Below are positions 20,360 to 30,300 of a stretch of 64,000 bases of DNA, piece by piece. Position 1 is the first letter of the stretch. Each line of letters opens with the position of its first letter. Under the pieces are notes generated by a model, which saw nothing but the letters and a program-made list of their open reading frames with translations, was not told where the DNA came from and did not search any database. Source of the DNA: Leptolyngbyaceae cyanobacterium (GTDB taxonomy: Bacteria > Cyanobacteriota > Cyanobacteriia > Phormidesmidales > Phormidesmidaceae); the NCBI GenBank assembly GCA_965263355.1, contig CBDHHL010000056.1, forward strand, positions 864,001 through 928,000. The letters are read 5' to 3'. The position numbers and the translations under genes are program-made.

Positions 20360-21256
20360 CTATTTCCTCACACTCATCCTCTTAATACCCATCTTCTTAG
20401 ATACCGGTAAGTTCATTTCTGGAATATATTTCCGCATTACGGCATCCAATGCAGTGTCACGCCCTAAAGTCAATTGATAGTAAGTAGATACAGCATCAAC
20501 ATTAGAGTGATTAATGAAGTTTTCCGTTAAGGATATGCCAGCTTCCAAATTTCTTACCTGGTGCCACCATGAGCTGGGAGTAAATACTACATCACCAGAT
20601 TCCTGAATACAGCTATACCCCATTGCTTTTTTGAACTTGGGATAGAGAGTAGCGTTCACATTAAAGCCATCAACTGGACTATTGTAACGATTCACTGGGT
20701 AAAGATTTTCAGTCTCATCGCCTGAGTAAAATAGCCAAGCTTTTTTTCCACTCAAAACAGCATTCCAAGCAGACGTATCTAATACATCACGATGCATCGG
20801 TGAACCAGTATTTTTTGCACCAATATACATCCAGCGTAGAAAGTAATCGTAATCTTTTCTCTTAAGAAGATGTGCAGGGATACGCCTTATCCAGTTTTCA
20901 AAATAATCTGGAATATCATAATCATTGATCAGTTCAGGGTAATCAGAGGCAAACCGCCAGGCAGATAAATAATAAGGACGCTCATCTGTAGTAGTTTGCA
21001 TATACTCCAAGTAATCAGAGAGTGTAAAAATTTTCTCTTCTAGCTTGGGCACATGTATCCTAGCAATAACTTGAACCTTACCATAGGTTTGGATAAACTC
21101 TGGACTTGTCCATTTTTTATAAGCAACCCATTCCTTCGCAATTCCTCGTAGTAATACAGGTTTACCCTTTAAAACATACTGCTCCATGACTGTTTGATAG
21201 TCTGGATTGTCTAAAATATCGACAGGCTGTAAGTTATCGTTTGGAGCTACATTCAT
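20360..21256 (-). CDS. JmjC (cupin_8) Fe(II)/2-oxoglutarate oxygenase, JMJD6-like; paralog of 15769..16641
   Basis: RWMYIGAKNTGSPMHRDVLDTSAWNAVLSGKK and PSSWWHQVRNLEAGISLTENFIN. Confidence 0.9.
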   Translation of the reverse strand: MNVAPNDNLQPVDILDNPDYQTVMEQYVLKGKPVLLRGIAKEWVAYKKWTSPEFIQTYGKVQVIARIHVPKLEEKIFTLSDYLEYMQTTTDERPYYLSAWRFASDYPELINDYDIPDYFENWIRRIPAHLLKRKDYDYFLRWMYIGAKNTGSPMHRDVLDTSAWNAVLSGKKAWLFYSGDETENLYPVNRYNSPVDGFNVNATLYPKFKKAMGYSCIQESGDVVFTPSSWWHQVRNLEAGISLTENFINHSNVDAVSTYYQLTLGRDTALDAVMRKYIPEMNLPVSKKMGIKRMSVRK

Positions 21257-21337
21257 AATAAGTGACGGGGCAAAGGAAAAACTGAGGAAGCGAGACGATT
21301 TGGTTTGAGAAATTCTTGCGCTATTACTTGAGAATAA

Positions 21338-24300
21338 TCAATTGAGGTAGGCTTGGAGCTGTTGTGCTAAAACTTTTACATGCTGAGGATCACGCATCAT
21401 AGACATGTGGTCTCCAGGTACCCAATCAAAGGTGACTTGCTGAGCTAAATCATGCCAACCCAATGTTGGGTCATCGGCCTGGTTGGCAACACCATCCTTA
21501 GCTTGCAGTAGGACTAATTCTCCGGAATAAGGTTGTGGGACATAGGTTTGTGCGGCTTGTTCATGTCCGGTTTGAACTTGAACAATACAATTTAATTGTT
21601 CTACCCCAAAGCCTGGGCTCAAGGAGATATTACGTCGCTCGGCTTCCGAGATAATGTAGGTGAGCTGATCTTCCCAGCTCATCGTGCGTAAGTGGCGATT
21701 TAACCCATTGAGTTCATCGGAGGGCAACGCAAGGTGACGACCGACGAGTTCAGCTAACAGGTCAGTCGCATCAGGAATTTGATCAACCGCCATCAAGGAG
21801 TTCACATCCATAAAAATCAGACGAGGCGGTTGTTCGCCATTACGCGTTAGTTGCTGAGCCATTTCCCAGGCAATGGTTCCTCCCAAACACCAACCCGCTA
21901 GATGGTAAGGGCCTTCAGGTTGAACTGTTTTGATCACTTGAAGGTAGTCCTTAGCCATGGTCTCAATGCTATTGTCGGCGGGTTGACCGGGTTCAAAACC
22001 GCGTGCTTCTAAACCATAGATGGGACGGTCCTGGCCCAGGTACGAGACGAGCTTTTGATAGTTCAAAACACTGCCACCACCAGGATGGATCAGGAACAGC
22101 GGTGGCAAGGTTCCCTGGGGTTGTAATGGTGTGAGCGGTGACCAAGTTGGGGGCTCACTACCCTGTTGGATGGTTTGCTGCAATAGCATGGCCTGCTGTT
22201 CAATGGTTGCTCCCTGGAATAGGGTCACCAGGGGTAGGGTATGCCCAAGCTTCTCGTGGATACGGGACATTAACGATACGGCCAGGAGAGAATGGCCTCC
22301 GAGATCAAAGAAGTCGTCTACGATGCCGATGGATTCTACCTTGAGTACCTCAGACCAAATCTGGCTGAGCTGTAACTCTAAATGGTTGCGGGGTGCAACA
22401 AATAGCCGATCGGATGGAGGCTGATATTCTGGAGCGGGTAGAGCCTTGCGGTTGATTTTGCCGTTAGGGGTTAATGGTAAGGCATCCAAATATACGAAGG
22501 CATTTGGCACCATGTAGTCTGGTAGTTGTTCTTTGAGAAACTCTCGTAGGGAGATCGGGGAAATATCTTCATTAGAGGTCACTACGTAGACCACTAACTG
22601 CTTATTGCTGGGGTCATCGGCTCGGACGATTGCGATCGCTTCCCGCACCTGAGGATGTTTCTGAAGTGTAGCTTCCAGTTCACCCAGTTCAATCCGGAAC
22701 CCTCGCAGCTTAACCTGTTGGTCACGACGTCCCAAGAATTCTACATTGCCATCTGCTTGATAACGGGCCAGATCGCCAGTGCAGTATAACCGTCCTGGGC
22801 CAAAGGGATTGCGGATAAACTTCTCAGCCGTCAGCTGAGGACGATGTAAATACCCCAGACTCAGACCCGCGCCCCCAATATATAGGTCTCCAGTCACGCC
22901 CACGGGCACGGGCTGCATGGCCGGATCGAGAACATATAGCTGGGTATTGGCAAAGGGCCGACCAATGGGAACGGCCACATCGGCAGCATTATCATCTCCC
23001 TGGAGTTCAAAATAACAGCTATCAATAGTTGCTTCGGTAACGCCGTAGGAATTGATCAATCGCGTTTGCTCGCCACAGATGCGGCGGAACTTCTGGTATT
23101 CAGCCATGGACCAGAAATCAGAGCCCACCACTAAAACCCTCATAAAATTAAGGTTTTGGTGGCTGTTTTCCAGGTAGTTAGCCAGTTGTCTAAAGACAGC
23201 GGGGACAAATTCTGCACAGTCCACAGCTTCTCGGCAGATCAGACTGTAAAGCTGTTCGGCATCCAGCAGAATTTCCCGAGGACAGAGCACCAGCTTGGCA
23301 CCGGAACAGAGGGCTCGTACCCAATCTCCAGTAAATACATCAAAGGAGAAGCTGGCCATTTGTAAATGGCTGGAAGTACGCTGCTTGAGCTGGTACGCAT
23401 CTTCCCAGGCAAAATAGGCGTTTACCAAGCTGCGATGAGCCACCGCCACCCCCTTGGGTTGGCCCGTTGAGCCAGAGGTGTAGATGACATAGGCACGGCT
23501 ATCTTGGGCCACGGGTGCCACGGGATTCCCCACGGGGGCATGGACAATATCTTGATGGGTATCTAAACAAATCACCTGGGCATCCTGCTGCGGCAGACGA
23601 TCTAGACCAGATTTTTGCGTAATCAACACCGAGACAGCGGCATCCTGCAGCATGTAAGCAATACGTTCCTGGGGATACCGAATGTCCAGGGGAAGGTAGG
23701 CCGCGCCCACTTTGAGAATGGCTAAGAGACTGACAAGTAGTGCTGGAGAACGTTCCAGATAGATACCCACCAGGGTGTCGCTACCGACACCCTGGGCCTG
23801 AAGAGTATGGGCTAGCTGATTAGCTTGGGCATTTAACGCCTGATAGGTTAGCGTGTCCCCATTAAAAACAACGGCAATGGCATCTGGCTGGCGTTCAACC
23901 TGTTGTTCAAACAGTTGGTGAATACACAAATCTTGGGCATAGGTGACCTGGGTGTCGTTCCATGACACCAGGACTTGCTGCCGTTCCGCCTGACTGAGCA
24001 AGGGTAGCTGGGTAACCTGTAACTGGGGCTGAGCTAAAATTCCAGCTAGAAGAATTTGGAAATGGCGGGTTAGGCGCTCAATAGTGTCTGGCTTGAATAA
24101 ATCGGTACTGTATTCCCAAATGCCTTCAATGCCAGCCTCACTTTCTGTCATGGTGAGGGTGAGGTCAAACATCGCCGTGACAGTTTCAGGCTCCAGGGTG
24201 GTCATGGTGAGACCAGGCAACTCTAAGGCCGCATTGGATGAGCTGTGCCAGTCAAACATCACCTGAAACAGGGGAGAATGGCTCAGATTACGATCGGGTT

Positions 24301-27300
24301 GTACCGCCTCGACAACTTGCTCAAAGGGAACATCCTGATGGCTGTACCCCCCTAAGGCTGACTGCCGCACTTGTTCCAGGAGGTCTGTAAAGGTGAGACT
24401 GTCGGTGAGCTGAGATCGCAACGCTAGCGTATTGACAAAAAAGCCAATCAACCCTTCAATTTCAGACCGGTTACGGTTAGCAATGGGGGTGCCCACGACA
24501 ATGTCATCTTGACCACTGTAGCGATGCAATAACAGACTAAAGGCCGCAAACAGCACCATAAATAGAGTTGTTCCTGTGGTCTGAGCCAGTCGTTTGAGCT
24601 GTGGACATAGCTCTGGGGAAAGAACAAATGTTTGCTGTTGTCCCCGATAGGTTTGCTGAGCCGGTCGAGGATAGTCTGTGGGTAACTCCAATAGAGCAGG
24701 TGCATCGGTTAGATAGTCCTGCCAGTAGGCCAGTTGCCGTTGTAGTACATCGCCCTGCAACCACTGGCGCTGCCAATGGGCAAAATCTCTATATTGAAGC
24801 GTTAACCCTGGCAATGGTGACGATTGCCCCTGGGTAAAGGCACTATAAAGTGTTGTTAGCTCCTGAATCAGGATGCCCATGGACCATTCGTCGGCCACAA
24901 TGTGGTGCATCGTGGCTAACAGAATATGGTCCTCAGCCGCAACCTTTAACAAAACGGTTCGTAGCAGCGGAGCCTTGGCCAGATCAAAGGGGGTGTGGGC
25001 ATTCTCCGCTAGCTGCTGCTGAATACGACGCGTCTGTTCATTGACCTCCACTGTCTGTAGGTCAACCAGCTCCAGGTCGAGGGACACCGCTGGCTCAATC
25101 CACTGCATCGGTGTCCCCCCATGATTGCGAAAATAGGTCCGCAATATTTCGTGACGTTGCACCAGTTCATCTAGGGCCTGCCCCAGCGATGGGATATCCA
25201 ACGGTCCCTGGAGTTGAATGGCCAGGGGCATGTTATACGTCGAATTGGGACCCTCTAGCTGATCTAAAAACCACAATCGTTCCTGGGCCCAGCTGAGGGG
25301 CAGTGGCTGGTCAGCGACATGCGGAATCGGAACAATGGGAGGGGCGACCTGTTCTTGATCGCCGGTTAAAGTGTCGTGAATTAAGGTGGCTAGTTCTGCA
25401 GGGGTGGGGGCTTCGAATAGGGCACGGAGAGGAATTTCAGTCTGAAACGTCTGCCGTAGTCTAGAAACAACCTGAGTTGCCAAAAGAGAATGTCCACCCA
25501 ATTCAAAGAAACTATCATAAGCACCCACCAATGGTGCCTGAGTATCCTGGCTAAGAACGATGGCAAAACTATCTGCAATTGCCTGCTCAATGGGAGTCCT
25601 TGGAACCACCATATCTGCCGTCTGACTTACGTCTACCGTGGGGGTTGGCAAAGCACGGCGATCGACTTTGCCATTGGGTGTCAGCGGTAATTTTTCTAAG
25701 AATGTAAAGGCTGAAGGCACCATATGGGCCGGTAAGGTCTGCTTCAAAAACTGTCGCAGGTCCTTCGCAGAGAGGGCAGGCTCGGTTGGCACCACATAGG
25801 CTGCCAGATAGCTGGACCCTGGCTGATCGTCCCGAGCCACAACAATGGCACCACTGACTTGGGGATGGCCTAATAGGACTGCCTCTAGCTCTCCCAACTC
25901 AATCCGGAAGCCCCGAATTTTGACCTGATTATCTGAGCGGCCTAAAAATTCAATATTGCCATCCGCTCGGTAGCAGGCTAAATCCCCGGTCTTATATAAA
26001 CGCCCTTCACCAAACGGATTGGGAATAAACCGTTCTGCGGTGAGATCATCACGGTGTAAATATCCACGGGCTAAGCCTGCTCCACCAATATGCAGTTCGC
26101 CCACAACCCCCAAGGGCACAGGCTGCGCCCGTTGATCCAACACGTGTAATTGGATATTAGAGAACGGACGACCAATGGGCACCGCCATGTCCTGGGGCCA
26201 TGCCATGGCAGTATCCCCCGGTGCTTCAAAGTAGCAACTGTCAATAGTTGCTTCTGTGACACCATAGGAATTGATCAAACGGGTTTGAGGTCCACAAATT
26301 TGCCGGAATCGCTGATATTCCCCCATCAGCCAGAAATCAGACGCCACTACCAAAACAGTCATAAAGTCCAGGGTCTGTTCTGTAGTATCTAGATAACTCA
26401 CCAGTTCTCTAAATACAGCGGGGACAAACTCTGCACAATCCACAGCTTCCCGACACATAAGCTGATACAAGAGCGCAGATTCCAGCAAAATTTCCCGAGG
26501 ACACAGCACAAGCTTTGCCCCAGAGCAAAGGGCCCGTACCCAGTCTCCGGTAAATACATCAAAGGAGAAACTGGCCATCTGTAAATGACTGGATGTCTGC
26601 TCCCTCAAATGATACGCCGCTTCCCAGGCAAAGTAAGCGTTGACCAGACTACGATGAGCAACCGCAACCCCCTTTGGTTGACCGGTGGAGCCCGAGGTGT
26701 AAATAACGTAGGCCAGATTATCCTTAGTTGTTGATAGGCTGAGATTCTCAGCAGGATGCTCCAAGCGCTGCTGGTTATCATCGATTAACAGAACAGGGGC
26801 ATTAGCGTGAGTTACAGACGCGGGGAGCGCATCTAAACAAGATCGCTGACTAATTAGGACGGTTACTCCTGCATTCTCCAGCATGTAAGCAATGCGCTCT
26901 TTGGGATAGCTGCTTTCCAGAGGCAAGTAAGCTCCCCCCGCTTTTAGGACGGCCAAAACACTGATGAGCAAATCGGGGGAACGCTCCAGGCAAATACCCA
27001 CCATGGCATCGGGGCCAACCCCAACGGATTGAAGTTCATGGGCTAACTGGTTTGCTTGCTGATTTAATTGTTGATAGGTTAACGTTCTCTCCCCTGAAAC
27101 TAGCGCGATGGCCTCGGGGGTGCGCTCAACCTGTTGTTCAAACAGCTGATGGATACCCTCTGTTGGCGAATAGCTGAGGGTGGTGTCGTTCCAGCTGATA
27201 AACTGTTGCCGTTCCGCATCCGTAAGCAATGGAAACTGGCTGATATTGGCGGTGGGGTTGGCTAAAATGCCTGCCAACAGGGTCTCAAAATGTTGGGTTA

Positions 27301-30300
27301 AACGAATAATTGTGGCTTGTTCAAACAGGTCGGTATTGTACTCCCAAATACCCACTATCTTTGCGTCTTCCTCAACCATGGTGAGGGTCAGGTCGAACTT
27401 AGAGGTGACATCATTGGTATGTACAAAGTTCATCGTCAACCCTAATACATCCATGGATCTATTCGCAGCGCTTTCCCAATCAAACATCACCTGGAAGAGC
27501 GGCGAGTAGCTCAGGTTACGTTCCGGTCGTAGGGCTTCTACCACTTGCTCAAAGGGAACATCCTGATGACCATAGCTACCCAGAGCGCCTTGGCGAATTT
27601 GTTCCAAGATATCTAGGAAGGAAAGATTGTTGGAGAATTGCGATCGCAACACCAACGTATTAACAAAAAAGCCAATTAATTGTTCAACCTCTGTGCGATT
27701 ACGATTCGCAATGGGGGTCCCAACCGCAATATCCTCCTGACCGCTATATCGATGGAGTAAGAGGCTAAACGTAGCAAGCATTACCATAAATGGCGTTGCG
27801 CCCGTTGACTCTGCCAGTTGCTTGAAAGGCTGTATCAACTCCTGAGCCAGAGTGAACTGATAGGTTTGTCCCCGATAGGTTTGCACCGCTGGTCGGGGGT
27901 GATCCGTAGGTAGTTCTAGCAGGGGGGGCAAATCGGCCAAATAGTCACGCCAATAGTCCAACTGCTGTTGTAAAACCTCATCTCGCAACCACTGCCGTTG
28001 CCACTGGGCAAAGTCCGCATACTGAATGGTTAATGGCGGTAGGGGGGAGGGTTGACCCTGGGCAAAGGCTCGATAAAGGGTCTGTAACTCCCGAATAATG
28101 ATCTCATCAGACCATGCGTCGGACACAATATGGTGTCGAATAATCAACAGAAGATAGGCTTCAGGCGCTTGCTGCACAAGTCTTACCCGTATTAGCGGCG
28201 GTGCTGACAAGTCAAAAGGCGTTTGATTTTCCTCAGTAATCTGCTGCTGGAGCCGCGTTTCTAACTCAGTAGGGGATACCCCTTGCAGATCCACGAACTG
28301 TAACTGAAATGGAACGGTTGGCAGAATAACTTGTATGGGAGAAGCACTATCCTCGGATTGAAAGCAGGTACGCAGCACTTCATGGCGCTGAATAATTTCC
28401 TCAAACGCCTGGTTGAGTGAATCCACATCCAGAGGACCTTGAACCTGTAAAGCCGTGGACATGTTGTATGTGGTACTGGGACCCTCAAGTTGATTTAGGA
28501 ACCATAGACGCTCCTGTGCCCAACTTAGGGGTACGGGGGTATCTGCATCTCTCGGAATCGGAACAATTGGCGGTGCGGTTTCTACTAACTCCTCGGTTAG
28601 CACCTCGTCAATCAGCAAACTTAGCTCCATCACAGTGGGAGCCTCAAACAGGGTGCGTAGGGGAATCTCCAGTTGAAAGGCCTGTCTGAGCCTAGAAATT
28701 GCCTGGGTTGCCAGGAGAGAATTGCCGCCTAGTTCAAAAAAGTTTTGCTGGATGCTAACCGCATCAAAACCCAGAACATTCGCAAAGATATCAGCCGTTG
28801 TCTGTTCTGTTGGATTAGAGGGAGCTACAAAACTTACGTCGTTCTCAAGCTGCGTCGGTGGTAGTGGGAGGGCACGCTGATCAACTTTGCCATTGGGGGT
28901 GAGGGGCAACCCATCAAGCTGCACAAAGGCTGACGGCATCATGTAATTTGGCAGCTGGACCTTGAGAAAGTTGCGGAGATCGTTCGGATTAATCTGCTCG
29001 TCCGAACTAACGAAATAGGCAACCAATCGCTGGTTGCCGGGAGTATCTTCTCGAACAATGGCAACACTTTGTTGAATTCGAGGATAGGCCGATACAGCTG
29101 CCTCAATTTCCCCAAGTTCGATACGAAACCCCCGAATTTTGACTTGATTATCAATACGACCTAAAAATTCCAGATTCCCATCTGGAAGATAGCGAGCCAG
29201 ATCTCCAGTTTTGTAAAGACGCCCAGAATCAAAGGGATTATCAATAAATCGCTCGGCAGTTATGTCAGGGCGATTTAAATAACCGCGAGCCAACCCGGCA
29301 CCGCCCACATGAATTTCTCCAGTAACACCAATGGGTACGGGCTGTAACTGAGAGTTCAGTAGATAAACCTGAACATTACGAATCGGTTTACCAATTGAGA
29401 TTTCTTGTGCTTGAGTCGTGTCTGAATCAGGCGGTGTTAGAAAACAACTGGTAGCAACAATGGTCACTTCTGTGGGACCGTAATTATTAACCAACAGAGG
29501 GCGGTCTAATCCGTTCTGACTCCAACGATCAGCAATAGTCTTGTGCCACCGTCGCACATGTTCTAACCGTGCCTTTTCCCCGCCTAAAATCACTAGCCTT
29601 AGGAGCTTGGGGATCTCCCATACAGCCAGTGCTAATTCATCAACTAATTGATGCCAGTAGGCAGTAGGCAAATCTAGAATGCTTAGTTGCCACTGCTGGC
29701 AGGCTTGCATCAGTCCGGGACCAGACGTTAGGAATTCATCGGTGCGTAGAATCAGAGTGGCACCACAGGTCAGACCGGTATAGATTTCCTCTGCGGAGGC
29801 GTCAAAGCTGATGGAGGCAAATTGGAGAATACGGTCATTTTCATTGATGCCATATTCGGTACGTAGCGATTGGGAAATCTCTAGCAGGGCTCCATGGGGC
29901 GTCATTACCCCCTTGGGTTGTCCGGTTGAACCGGAGGTATAAATAATGTAAACGAGATTTTCCAGGCTTACTCCACTGGTGGGATTGTTGGTTGGTTGGG
30001 CTGCGATCGCAGCCCAATCTGTATCCAGACAAACAACCTGTGATTGATGGTCTGGCAAACCAGCTACCAATGATTCCTGAGTCACCAGCACAGATACAGC
30101 TGAATCAGAGAGGATATACGCCGAGCGCTCCCTGGGATAAGTTGGATCTAACGGCACATAAGCCCCACCGGCCTTAAGAATGCCAAAGATACCCACCATC
30201 ATATTGAGGGAGCGCTCAATAGAAATGCCCACCAGCACATCGGGCCCCACTCCCAAACCCCGTAAATGATGGGCCAGCTGATTCGCCAGACTGTTTAACT

